Part shown: piece after piece, positions 9,077 through 18,279 of the stretch | Layout of the letters: the number at the start of each line of letters is the position of its first letter | Position numbering within the stretch: position 1 is the stretch's first letter | NCBI GenBank assembly: GCA_964410055.1 | Contig: CAYPGK010000005.1 | Span: forward strand, 13,660-68,624 | DNA: 54,965 nt | From: an uncultured Gemmatimonadaceae bacterium | Lineage (GTDB): Bacteria; Gemmatimonadota; Gemmatimonadetes; Longimicrobiales; RSA9 | Direction of reading: 5' to 3' | Notes under the pieces: model-generated | What the model was told of the DNA's origin: nothing | Databases searched by the model: none | The model's input: the letters and a program-made list of their open reading frames with translations, nothing else | Made by a program: the position numbers and the translations under genes

Positions 9077-10062
9077 GTGCTCTCCCGCGTTGCGGTTTCG
9101 GCGGGTTCTACGTCGGCCGATTGCGGCGGTTCCGCCGGGTTCGCACCCGGGTTCGTGAACAACAGCACATCCGCCCTGCCCCGATTCTCGTCGACCGGCG
9201 GCCGGGCGAGGTCCCCGGCCGGGATGCCGGTCAGGATCAGCATGCGCGTGCCAGGCGCCCGACGCTCGACACGGGCGGGGATGCCGTGGCCGAAGTCGCT
9301 GTGGAACGCGCCGGTCATGTGCACGACGAGCGCGCCCGGCCACCGCTCGCGAGCGGCCACGATCGACTCCGCCATCGTCTCATCCTTGATGCACTGCGCC
9401 TGGTAGTAGCGCTCCATGGCGGCGCTCGCCTCCCCGGCGCCCGCATGGCCTCCCATCGCCTGGAGGAAGCGCTCGTAGTAGGCGTCGCGGGGGCAGTCGA
9501 TGTCGCGGGCGATGTACGCCTCGCGCTCCGCGGCGGGGAGGGCAAGGAGCGTGTCCAGCCCGCCCGAGGCGACCAGGGCGGCGTAGCGGCGCGGCACGTT
9601 CGCGGCGACCACCGGCCAGCCGCGCCCGCGTGCGAGCTCGACGAGCGGCCGGTAGTCGGTGGCGTAGTTGGGCCACGGCCGCGCACCGGCGAGGAACTCC
9701 TCCTCGGAGATCCTGCCGGCCAGGTAGTCGTCGAGCACGGGCTGGACGTCCCGTTCGAACATCTCGAGCGAGAGGACGACGTCGTCGCCCCGAGCGGCGA
9801 GCGCGTCGAGGAGCGCGTGCTGGAGCCGGTGCGTCCCGGCGTCGTCGTGCTGCTCGCCGAAGAAGACGACGTCGGCGGCGGCGGCGCGGTCTGCGAGACC
9901 GGCCACGTCCAGGGTACGGCCGGCGTCGGCGTCAACGATCCGATACGGCGCTGCGGCCCCGTCGGCCGGCTGTGGCGCGGGCGTGGAAGGAGGCCGGCCG
10001 GCGCACGCGGCGGCGACCAGGAGCGTGAGCAGGAGCGGTGTATGGCGAACGAATCCGTTCAT
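9073..10062 (-). CDS. ChaN-family (haem-binding uptake / Tiki superfamily) lipoprotein
   Basis: ORF trimmed to MNGFVRHTPLLLTLLVAAAC (lipobox). Carries the VVFFGEQHDDAGTH motif typical of PF04187-like ChaN proteins. Confidence 0.8.
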   Translation of the reverse strand: MNGFVRHTPLLLTLLVAAACAGRPPSTPAPQPADGAAAPYRIVDADAGRTLDVAGLADRAAAADVVFFGEQHDDAGTHRLQHALLDALAARGDDVVLSLEMFERDVQPVLDDYLAGRISEEEFLAGARPWPNYATDYRPLVELARGRGWPVVAANVPRRYAALVASGGLDTLLALPAAEREAYIARDIDCPRDAYYERFLQAMGGHAGAGEASAAMERYYQAQCIKDETMAESIVAARERWPGALVVHMTGAFHSDFGHGIPARVERRAPGTRMLILTGIPAGDLARPPVDENRGRADVLLFTNPGANPAEPPQSADVEPAETATREST

Positions 10063-10320
10063 GGCTTCCCCGTCGGGCTGGCGACTCGGGCCGGGTCGGC
10101 CCGTGCTGACCCGGCAAGGTACGCCCGACGGGCGACCCACTTCAAGGCAGTTCGTGCCCGCACCATTTTGCCGCTCGGGTCGGCCGGTCGGCGCGGTCAA
10201 GCGGGAGGCGGCACACCGCGCCTTCGCCGACTCGCCGCACGGGCGCGGCCGGCGCCCGGCCCCGAGGACGAGCAGCGCGGGGAGGCGTGGCGCGACCAGG
10301 CGTCGAGGCCATGATGCGCC

Positions 10321-10370
10321 GATCCCGACCCCGCGCCCCGGCCATACCGGCCGGGAGCAGGGTCGGGATC
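10321..10370 (-). terminator. Compound hairpin downstream of the RND efflux operon
   Basis: Outer stem GATCCCGACCC / GGGTCGGGATC (11 bp) encloses an inner stem CCCGGCC / GGCCGGG. It lies about 50 nt past the RND stop. No U tract. Confidence 0.3.
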
Positions 10371-10398
10371 GTTCAGGCGACGTCGAAGGTTCCGACGC

Positions 10399-10431
10399 TC
10401 AGTCGCCAGCTGCCTGCGTTCAGTCGCCAGC
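10399..10431. repeat. 12-mer TCAGTCGCCAGC present twice, 21 bp apart; one copy contains the RND stop codon
   Basis: Copies at 10399-10410 and 10420-10431. On the minus strand this reads GCTGGCGACTGA-N9-GCTGGCGACTGA, in frame. Confidence 0.8.
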
Positions 10432-13400
10432 CACCGGCTGCGGCGAGAAGCCGGCCTTCTTCCGTTCCGCCTCCAGCTCGCGCGCCCGCTCGCTCGAGAT
10501 GAAGCGACGCTTGACCCACGCGCCGATGTCGTCGAAGTACGTGTACGCCACGGGCACGACCAGCAGCGTGAGCAACGTCGACGTGATCAACCCGCCGATC
10601 ACGGCGCGCGCCATCGGCGCGCGGAACCCGCCGCCCTCGCCCAGTGCCAGAGCGATCGGCAGCATGCCGAAGATCATCGCCGCCGTGGTCATCATGATCG
10701 GACGCAGACGGACCGCACCCGCCTCGACCAGCGCTGTGAAGCGGTCGGCGCCCTGCATCCGCCGCTCGTTCGCGTTGTCGACGAGGAGGATCGCGTTCTT
10801 CGTCACGAGACCCATCAGCATGATCACGCCGATCATCGACATCATGTTCAGCGTGTCGTCCGTGATCAGCAGCGCGAGCAGCACGCCGACCAGCGAGAGC
10901 GGCAGCGAGAGCATGATCGCGAGCGGCTGCGTGAACGACTCGAACTGGCTCGCCAGGATCAGGAAGATCAGGATCACGGCGAGCAGGAGCGCCTCGATGA
11001 CGTAGCCGACCGTCTCGATGAGCTGCTCGGTCTCGCCGCCGAGGCGGACCGAATAGCCCGGCGGCAGATCCAGCTTCGACGTCTCCTGCATGATCAGCGA
11101 CGACGCCTCGGAGATCGACAGCCACGGCTCGGTGTTGGCCGACACGGTGGCTATGCGCTGGAGGTCCTTGCGGTCGATCTGCGCGGGCGCCTCGCCCATC
11201 TCGATGCGCGCGACCTGGCCGAGCGGGACGATCATCGCCTCGCCGCTCTGGCCGCGCATCATCGTCGCGACCGGGAGCGTTGCGAGGTCGTGCGGCGAGA
11301 CGCGCTGCGACGGGTCGACCTGGACCACGACCTCACGCTCCTCGCCCGACGGATCTTCCCAGCGCGTGGCCGTCTGACCGGCCAGGAGCGGCTGGACCGT
11401 CATGGCGACCTGGGCGATGTCCAGCCCGACCTCGCTCGCCAGGTCGCGGTTCACCTCGATCCGGAACTCGGGGCGCGGATCGCCCATCGACGACTGCACG
11501 TCGACGATCCCCGGGATCGCGGCGACGACATCGGCCACCTCGCCGGCAATGCGCTGCAACTCGCGCACGTCGGGGCCGCGCACCTCGACGGCGAGGGGCG
11601 CCTGCGGGCCGCCGAAGCCGCCCGCATCCAGCACGGCGATGTCGACGCCGAACGTGTTCGCCAGGCGCTTGCGCGCCTCGACCATCAGCTCGTCCTGCGA
11701 GAGCGAACGCTCCTTCGGCGGCACGAGCTTCACGTAGATCTCGCCGGCCGTGACCGTCCCGACCAGGCCGGAGCCGATCGTGGTGTACGTGAAGTCGATC
11801 CCCTCCAGCTCGCCCAGCGCTGCCAGGAGCTGCATCGCCTTGTCGCGCGTGTACGCCAGGCTCGAGCCCTCCGGCGTCTCGAACGTGACCGAGAACTCGG
11901 AGTTGTCCGAGTCCGGGAAGAACCCGCCGCCGATGAACGGGAAGAGCATGAACGCGCCGACGAACGACGCCGCGGCAAGGGCGAGCGTCGTCTTGCGGTG
12001 GCCGAGGACCCAGCGGATCACGCCCCGGTACCGCCCCGCCTGGCGGTCGAACCAGCGGTTGAATCGGCCGATCACGCGCGTCAGGATGTTGCCGCCCCCG
12101 CCCTTGTGCGGGTCGACGCCCCACCACGCCGAGAGCATCGGCGTCAGCGTGAACGAGACGAAGAGCGAGACCAGGACCGCCCACGCCACCGTCAGGCCGA
12201 ACTGGAAGAAGAAGCGGCCGATGATCCCGCCCATGAACGCGACGGGCACGAACACCGCGACGATCGAGAAGGTCGTCGCCATGACGGCGAGCACGATCTC
12301 GCGCGTGCCGCGGCCCGCCGCCGTGAAGTGGTCCTCGCCCATCTCGCGGTGGCGCACGATGTTCTCGATCACCACGATCGCGTCGTCGATCAGGATCCCG
12401 ATCGAGAGCGAGAGCGCCATCAGCGTCAGGTTGTTGAGCGTGAAGCCCAACGCGTCCAGGAGGATGAAGGCGCTGATGACCGAGACCGGCAGCGCGAGCG
12501 AGGTGATCGCCGTCGCCTTCCAGTCGTTGAGGAAGAGCATGACGACCACAATCGTCAGGAACGCGCCCAGGAGCAGCTCGTGGATGACGCTCTGGACGGA
12601 CTGACGGATCGTGACGGAGTTGTCGCGCACGACCTGGATCGAGACGTCGCCCGGGAGCGAGCCGCGAAGATCGTCGATCGCGGCCAGGACTTCGTCGGCC
12701 ACCTCGACGGTGTTCGCGCCCGAGACCTTCAGGATGTCGATGGCGACGGCGCGCGCGCCGTTCACGAACGCGAGCGAGCGCTCCTCCTCGCCCCCCTCCT
12801 CGACGCGGGCCACGTCGCGCAGGCGGATCGGCCCGCCGGGGCGCACGGCGACGATGACGTCGCCGAACTGCCGCGCCTCGGTGATGCGGCCGGCGACGCG
12901 GACGAGCTGCTCGCTGCTGCCACGCTCGATGCGGCCCGCCGGCGCTTCCAGGTTCTGCTGCCGGAGCGCGCCCATGACCTCGGGGACCGAGACGCCCAGC
13001 GAGCGCAGCCGGTCCGGCTCGAGGAAGACGCGCACTTCCTTCTCGACGCCACCAGCGATGCGTACCTCACCGACGCCGGAGATCGACTCGAGCCGGCGCC
13101 GGATCGTCTCGTCCGCGAGCGTCGTCAGGTCGACCGCATCGCGCTCCTCCGATGAGAGCGCGATCGACATGATCGGCATTGCCGTCGGGTCGAACTTCTG
13201 CACGACGGGCGGCTCGATGTCCGCGGGCAGCTCGCGGCGGATCGCTTCGATCTTCGCCCGTACGTCCTGCGCCGCGACGTCGACGTTGCGGTCGAGCTCG
13301 AACTCGATCATCACGAGCGAGACGCCCTCGACCGACATCGACGTGATCTGGTTCACGCCCTCGATCGGGTTGAACGCCTCCTCGAGCCGCCTCGAGACCT

Positions 13401-13599
13401 CGCGCTCGATCGTCTCCGGGCTCGCGCCCGGGTAGATCGTCTGCACGGTTACGAACGGGATGTCGACCTCGGGGAACTCGTCGATCGGCAGACGCCGGAA
13501 CGAGAAGAGCCCCAGGACGATGAGCCCGAGCATCACCATGGTGGTGAAGACCGGGCGTCGGATTGCGAGGCCGCTCAGGCCTCCTCCACTCGAAGACAT
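10420..13599 (-). CDS. RND efflux transporter permease (AcrB/HAE1-like)
   Basis: 1059 aa with a 12-TM RND architecture. N-terminus is IRRPVFTTMVMLGLIVLGLFSF. The start lies 1 nt after the MFP stop. Confidence 0.95.
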   Translation of the reverse strand: MSSSGGGLSGLAIRRPVFTTMVMLGLIVLGLFSFRRLPIDEFPEVDIPFVTVQTIYPGASPETIEREVSRRLEEAFNPIEGVNQITSMSVEGVSLVMIEFELDRNVDVAAQDVRAKIEAIRRELPADIEPPVVQKFDPTAMPIMSIALSSEERDAVDLTTLADETIRRRLESISGVGEVRIAGGVEKEVRVFLEPDRLRSLGVSVPEVMGALRQQNLEAPAGRIERGSSEQLVRVAGRITEARQFGDVIVAVRPGGPIRLRDVARVEEGGEEERSLAFVNGARAVAIDILKVSGANTVEVADEVLAAIDDLRGSLPGDVSIQVVRDNSVTIRQSVQSVIHELLLGAFLTIVVVMLFLNDWKATAITSLALPVSVISAFILLDALGFTLNNLTLMALSLSIGILIDDAIVVIENIVRHREMGEDHFTAAGRGTREIVLAVMATTFSIVAVFVPVAFMGGIIGRFFFQFGLTVAWAVLVSLFVSFTLTPMLSAWWGVDPHKGGGGNILTRVIGRFNRWFDRQAGRYRGVIRWVLGHRKTTLALAAASFVGAFMLFPFIGGGFFPDSDNSEFSVTFETPEGSSLAYTRDKAMQLLAALGELEGIDFTYTTIGSGLVGTVTAGEIYVKLVPPKERSLSQDELMVEARKRLANTFGVDIAVLDAGGFGGPQAPLAVEVRGPDVRELQRIAGEVADVVAAIPGIVDVQSSMGDPRPEFRIEVNRDLASEVGLDIAQVAMTVQPLLAGQTATRWEDPSGEEREVVVQVDPSQRVSPHDLATLPVATMMRGQSGEAMIVPLGQVARIEMGEAPAQIDRKDLQRIATVSANTEPWLSISEASSLIMQETSKLDLPPGYSVRLGGETEQLIETVGYVIEALLLAVILIFLILASQFESFTQPLAIMLSLPLSLVGVLLALLITDDTLNMMSMIGVIMLMGLVTKNAILLVDNANERRMQGADRFTALVEAGAVRLRPIMMTTAAMIFGMLPIALALGEGGGFRAPMARAVIGGLITSTLLTLLVVPVAYTYFDDIGAWVKRRFISSERARELEAERKKAGFSPQPVAGD

Positions 13600-13600
13600 C

Positions 13601-14713
13601 TCAGCCCTCCCCGCCAGCCGCAGCCTTCGCCACCGCGCCGCCGCCGACCACGCGCACCGCCGTGCCCGGCTCGATCGCGGCCACAGGCGTCGCGATGACC
13701 TGCTCGCCCTCCGACACGCCCGACTGGATCGCGATCAGCCCGCTCAGGTCGTCCCGGAGTCCCGTCTGCACGGGCCGCCGCGCAATGCGGCCGTCCTCGA
13801 CGACCAGGACGAACGACTGGGCGCCGCTACCGCGCACCGCCGCCACCGGGACCACGAGCGCGCCCTCGACCTGCTCGCCCACGATCCTGCCGGTCGCGAA
13901 CTGACCGGCGACCAGCGAGCCGTCCCGGTTCGGGAGCTGCACGTAGACGCCGACCTGGCGCGTGCGCAGGTCCGCCATCGGCTCGATCCTGTCGACCGTG
14001 CCCCGCAGCTGGAGGCCCGGGTGCGCGTCCAGCGTGAAGACGACTTCCATCCCCGGACGGATCCGGGCGGCCGCCTCGATCGGGACCTGGCCGGACAGCT
14101 CGAGGCGCTCGGTGTTCACGACCGTGAACAGCTCCTGCCCCGGATAGACGGCCTCGCCCGTCTCGACCTGGCGCACGCTGACCACGCCGTCGATCGGCGC
14201 GACGATCGTCGTATTCACCGCCTGCTCGGCCGCGGCGGCGGCCTGGGCGCGCGCGGCCTCGTACCCCGCCTTCGCGGCGTTGAAGTCGATGTCCGACATC
14301 GCGCCCGCTTCGTGCAGGATGCGGGCGGACTCGAGGCGCTGCGTCGCCAGGGCGAGGTTCGCCTCGGCCGCAGCCGCCTGCCCGCGGATGCCCTCGGCAT
14401 CGATCGTCGCCAGGACCTGACCCTTCCTCACACGCGTGCCCCGGTCGACCCGCACTTCGGAGACCGTGCCCGCGACCTGCGCCTTCACCGGGACCATGCG
14501 GTAGGGCATGAGAGAGCCGGTGAGCACGGCGCCGGCGGCCAGATCGGCGCGCTGCGCTACCGCGACGTCGGCGGCGCCAAGCTCGACGACCACCGTCTCC
14601 TCGGCCGCAGCCTCCGCCGGCTTGCCACCCTCACGTCCGCACGCCGCAACCGAAAGAAGGAGCACGGCCACCAGGCCCGGGCCGGCGGCCCCCTTCGCTA
14701 CACTGTATCGCAT
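13601..14713 (-). CDS. RND efflux periplasmic adaptor (MFP) lipoprotein
   Basis: Lipobox LLLSVAAC followed by HlyD/MFP barrel-sandwich and coiled-coil sequence. It sits immediately upstream of the RND gene. Confidence 0.9.
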   Translation of the reverse strand: MRYSVAKGAAGPGLVAVLLLSVAACGREGGKPAEAAAEETVVVELGAADVAVAQRADLAAGAVLTGSLMPYRMVPVKAQVAGTVSEVRVDRGTRVRKGQVLATIDAEGIRGQAAAAEANLALATQRLESARILHEAGAMSDIDFNAAKAGYEAARAQAAAAAEQAVNTTIVAPIDGVVSVRQVETGEAVYPGQELFTVVNTERLELSGQVPIEAAARIRPGMEVVFTLDAHPGLQLRGTVDRIEPMADLRTRQVGVYVQLPNRDGSLVAGQFATGRIVGEQVEGALVVPVAAVRGSGAQSFVLVVEDGRIARRPVQTGLRDDLSGLIAIQSGVSEGEQVIATPVAAIEPGTAVRVVGGGAVAKAAAGGEG

Positions 14714-14751
14714 CGTCGGAGATCCTCTGGTCTATTCGTGGTCCGCTTCGA

Positions 14752-16269
14752 TCATTCACCGCCGGCCGGGGCACCGCTCCCGGCCGGAACACGTCCGCCG
14801 GCGACGGCGCCGCTGCCGCCGAGCGCGCGGAGCAGCGCCGCATCCGCGATATGGAAGTCCGTCAAAGCCTGCGCGAGATTCGTCCGCGCCTGAAGGAGCG
14901 CAAGCCGAGCCTCCGAAACCTCGAGCTGCGTCGCAAGTCCCTTCTCGTACTGCAGCTCCGTCAGGGCGTAGACCCGGTCCGCCTGATCGACCGTGCGACG
15001 ACGCGCGTCGATCGCGGCTCGCGCCCGCTCCCGCTCGCGCAGCGCCTGCTCGTACTGCAGCTCGACCGCTTCCTTCAACTGCTCGAGCTGGAGGCGCGCC
15101 TCCTCGACCGCGACCTGCGCGGCCTCAACCTCCGCCGAGCGCTTGAAGCCGTCGAAGATCGGGAGCTGCACCGAGACGCCCGCGTACCAATCCTTGCGCG
15201 CATCGGCCGAGAAATCGAACACATCGACCGGGAACATCTGGCGGCCGTACGTCATGTGCACGGCGACCGTCGGAAGGAACGACCGCTTCGCGATCTTGAG
15301 CTGCTGCTCGCGGATCGCGATCTGACGCTCCGCCGCTTCGAGCGCAGCCCGACGCTCCAGCGCCGCCCGCTCCGCGGCGCCCGGCGCAGACAGCGCCTCG
15401 CCCACCGACGCCTCGAGCGACGTCGTCAACTCGAGCGGCCGGTCCATCGGCACGTTGAGCAGCCGCTTCAGGTCGAGCTCTGCCATGTCGGCGGCGTTAC
15501 GCGCCTGGATGAGCTGGGGCCGGAGGTTCTCGGTGGCCACCTCGGCACGCATCACGTCGAGATCCGAGGCGTGGCCTGCCCGCTGCCGGAGCCGCTCCTG
15601 CTCGAGGAACGCCTCCGCCTGATCCAGCGCCGCCCGGGCGATCTGCTCCATCTCCCGGGCGAGGAGCGCCCGGTAGTACGCTGTCCGGACCTGCTGCTCG
15701 ACCTCCGCCACTTCTTCGGCCAACCCCAGGCGCGCGGCCTCCTCGAAGTGCGCCGCGATCTCGAGCGCCGCACCGACGCGGCCCCCCGAGTACAGGAGCT
15801 GCGTGCCCGTGACCGACGCCACGTACGTGTTCTTCTGGCCGAACGGAAGGTTGCCGAACAACTGCCCGAGGCCGCCGAGCCCCGCGAGCGGCGCCCGGTC
15901 CTCCAGGTACTGGATCCGGTCCTCCAACGGCAGCGTCGGGTCCGGTTCGAATTTCAGGGAGTCCGGCAGCTCGAACGACGTGCCGGACGAGAACGGCGAC
16001 TCGAACGTCCGGGTGTACGAAAGACTCGCGTTGATCTGTGGCAGCGCCGCCGACCGCGCGGACTTCACCTGCGCGGCCGCACGGTCTACCTGCGATCGCG
16101 CCAGTCGAACCTCCTGGCTCTCCCGGAGCGCCCGCGCGACCGCCTCCTCCACGCTCAGCCGCTCCACCGCGCCCGACGCCGGATCCGGATCCGCCGCCTG
16201 CGCCCACATCGGCCCGGCACTCCACAACCCGAGCGCCAGGGCCATCCCCACGACGCCAATCGATCTCAT
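14752..16269 (-). CDS. TolC-family outer membrane efflux protein
   Basis: Signal peptide plus two OEP repeats. The ATG at 16269 (MRSIGVVG) is preferred over the GTG at 16281, which directly abuts the SD-like GAGAGA. Confidence 0.9.
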   Translation of the reverse strand: MRSIGVVGMALALGLWSAGPMWAQAADPDPASGAVERLSVEEAVARALRESQEVRLARSQVDRAAAQVKSARSAALPQINASLSYTRTFESPFSSGTSFELPDSLKFEPDPTLPLEDRIQYLEDRAPLAGLGGLGQLFGNLPFGQKNTYVASVTGTQLLYSGGRVGAALEIAAHFEEAARLGLAEEVAEVEQQVRTAYYRALLAREMEQIARAALDQAEAFLEQERLRQRAGHASDLDVMRAEVATENLRPQLIQARNAADMAELDLKRLLNVPMDRPLELTTSLEASVGEALSAPGAAERAALERRAALEAAERQIAIREQQLKIAKRSFLPTVAVHMTYGRQMFPVDVFDFSADARKDWYAGVSVQLPIFDGFKRSAEVEAAQVAVEEARLQLEQLKEAVELQYEQALRERERARAAIDARRRTVDQADRVYALTELQYEKGLATQLEVSEARLALLQARTNLAQALTDFHIADAALLRALGGSGAVAGGRVPAGSGAPAGGE

Positions 16270-16300
16270 TCTATCGACCACTCTCTCGATTCGTGATCCG

Positions 16301-16810
16301 CTACGTTCCGGTCGCCTTCACGACACTCTCGGTCGACGACGACTCCCCCGCCTCCCGTCGAGCCCGGAACTCCCTCCAACGCTCCAACTTCGTCGCGAAC
16401 TCATCCAGCATGAACGAATGGAACCACTGCCACTCCGTCAAGCGCCGCCGCCCCACCACCTCATCCTCGCCCAGCAGCGTCTTCCCCAGCTCGAGCACAT
16501 CGTGCGTCCGCTGCATCCGCTGCTGCGCCACCGCGTAGATCCGCTCCCACGGCTGGTCGACGATGCGGTAGTAGTCCCGCCGATCCCCGGGCGAGCTCAC
16601 CCGCTCCACCACGCCCAACTGCTCCAGCCAACGCCCGTTCAGACTGATCGACGCTTTGCTGACCTGCAGATCCTCCGCGATCTGCTCGAGCGACCTTTGC
16701 TCCTCCTGGAGCAACAGGTAGCCGAGCATCCTCCCGCCGATGCGGGGGATGCCTTGCTCCTCGGCAACGATGCCGAGCCGCTCAATGAACTCCCGAGCTC
16801 CGTCCGTCAT
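16301..16810 (-). CDS. MarR/GbsR-family transcriptional regulator (first gene of the efflux operon)
   Basis: ORF trimmed to MTDGAREFIERLG. Winged-HTH region: LEQIAEDLQVSKASISLNGRWLEQLGVVERV..GDRRDYY. Confidence 0.75.
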   Translation of the reverse strand: MTDGAREFIERLGIVAEEQGIPRIGGRMLGYLLLQEEQRSLEQIAEDLQVSKASISLNGRWLEQLGVVERVSSPGDRRDYYRIVDQPWERIYAVAQQRMQRTHDVLELGKTLLGEDEVVGRRRLTEWQWFHSFMLDEFATKLERWREFRARREAGESSSTESVVKATGT

Positions 16811-16834
16811 GACACCCCGTGATACAGCCCATGC

Positions 16835-16847
16835 AAAACGTCGTTTT
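16835..16847. promoter_or_regulatory. Perfect palindrome AAAACGTCGTTTT in an AT-rich patch upstream of marR (candidate MarR operator overlapping a TATAAA -10)
   Basis: A 6+1+6 palindrome 25 bp upstream of the marR ATG (16810). On the minus strand it directly follows TATAAA. The AT-rich context is rare in this window. Confidence 0.35.
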
Positions 16848-16986
16848 ATACGTTCAATCCAACTTAAACGATCCACCCCGCGCGTGGGAAGGGGGGCGGG
16901 CGGATTGTTACAAAGGCGGGGGTGGCAGGTCGCTGCGAGCGCGTGGGGCCGGAGGACGTGCGGGGGGATTGCGGTGAGGCGGGAAT

Positions 16987-17085
16987 GGCTGACGTTGGCT
17001 GACGTTGGCGGAGTTGGCGGAGTTGGCGGAGTTGGCGGAGCTGGCGGGCGGCGTCGGCGGGCGGGGCGAGGCGGGCGGGGGCGGC
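16987..17085. repeat. Array of 9-10-bp tandem repeats: (GGCTGACGTT)x2, (GGCGGAGTT)x3, then degenerate GGCGGAGCT / GGCGGGCGG / CGTCGGCGG units
   Basis: Read directly from the sequence. Intergenic, between the mreB stop (17123) and the marR start (16810). Confidence 0.85.
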
Positions 17086-17122
17086 CATGCGGCGCACCGC
17101 CCCCACCGCGTGCGGCGTCCGC

Positions 17123-18151
17123 TCAATCCGTCAGCCAGCTGTACTTCGCGGGCTCGTCGATGATGCGCGCCGTGCCCCGGACCACGCACGTCGTCGGGTC
17201 TTCGGCCACGTGTACGGGTACGCCCGTCGCGGCGGCGATCAGTCGGTCCAGGCCGCTGAGCAGTGCGCCGCCGCCTGCCAGCGAAATGCCTCGATCGACG
17301 ATGTCGGCTGCGAGCTCGGGCGGTGACTTCTCCAGCGCGCGGATCACCGCATCCACGATCTGCTGGACCGGCTCGCGGATCGCCTCGCGCACGTCGCCGC
17401 TGGTCAGCGTGAGGCTCTTCGGCAGCCCGCTCATCAGGTCACGGCCGCTCACGACCATCGTGCGCGACTCCTTGCTGTCGTCCGCGACGCCGAGCCGGAT
17501 CTTCACCTGTTCGGCCGTCTGGTCTCCGATCACCAGCCCGTAGTTGCGCCGGATGTGCGCCGCGATCGCCTGGTCCAGCCGGTCGCCGCCCACGCGGATC
17601 GCCGTGCCGCTGAGGATCCCGCCGAGTGCGATCACCGCGATCTGCGTGGTTCCGCCGCCGATGTCGACGACCACGTGCCCGTCGGCCCCGTCGACCGTCA
17701 GCCCCATCCCGATCGCGGCGGCGATCGGCTCGGGGACCAGCCGCACCCCGCGTGCGCCTGCCGCCAGCGCGCTCGACTCGATCGCACGTCGCTCGAGCGC
17801 GGTCAGCCCCGTCGGCACCGCGGCCACCACGTGCACCCAGGCCGCTTGATGCCAACGGCGGATCGCACGCTTCAGGAACTGACGGAGCATCTCCTCGGCG
17901 AGCGTCACGTCGGCGATCACGCCGTCGCGCAGCGGACGCACCGCCTCCAGCGAGCCCGGCGTCCGCCCGAGCATCCGCTTGGCCTCGGAGCCCACCGCCT
18001 TGATCGTCCGGCCTGCGGTCTCGACCGCGACCACCGAGGGCTCGTTCAGCACGACTCCGCGCCCTCGCATGTGAACGAGGGTGTTGCCCGTACCCAGGTC
18101 GACGCCGACCGCGCTGCCGGACCGTCTGCTCACCGGGAAGATGCCAAACAC
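17123..18151 (-). CDS. mreB: MreB/Mbl-family actin-like protein
   Basis: GTG start behind GGAGG (5-nt spacer). Actin-fold motifs VGVDLGTGNT, VVVDIGGGTT and LAGGGALL are present. 342 aa. Confidence 0.9.
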   Translation of the reverse strand: MFGIFPVSRRSGSAVGVDLGTGNTLVHMRGRGVVLNEPSVVAVETAGRTIKAVGSEAKRMLGRTPGSLEAVRPLRDGVIADVTLAEEMLRQFLKRAIRRWHQAAWVHVVAAVPTGLTALERRAIESSALAAGARGVRLVPEPIAAAIGMGLTVDGADGHVVVDIGGGTTQIAVIALGGILSGTAIRVGGDRLDQAIAAHIRRNYGLVIGDQTAEQVKIRLGVADDSKESRTMVVSGRDLMSGLPKSLTLTSGDVREAIREPVQQIVDAVIRALEKSPPELAADIVDRGISLAGGGALLSGLDRLIAAATGVPVHVAEDPTTCVVRGTARIIDEPAKYSWLTD

Positions 18152-18279
18152 GCGAACCTCCGCAACGTCATCACACGCAGATCTTTATGGGGACGTAGGG
18201 TTGACGAGCGAAGGCCGGCGGCGTCACAGGGCGCGGCGAGGCCGGCAGGTCGAGTGGAGGTGCGTCCGGCGCCCATATG

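Noticed and set aside
16987-17085. Possible CRISPR array.
   Set aside because: The units are 9-10 bp and directly abutting, with no spacers, and no cas genes are present. It is a microsatellite-like tandem repeat.
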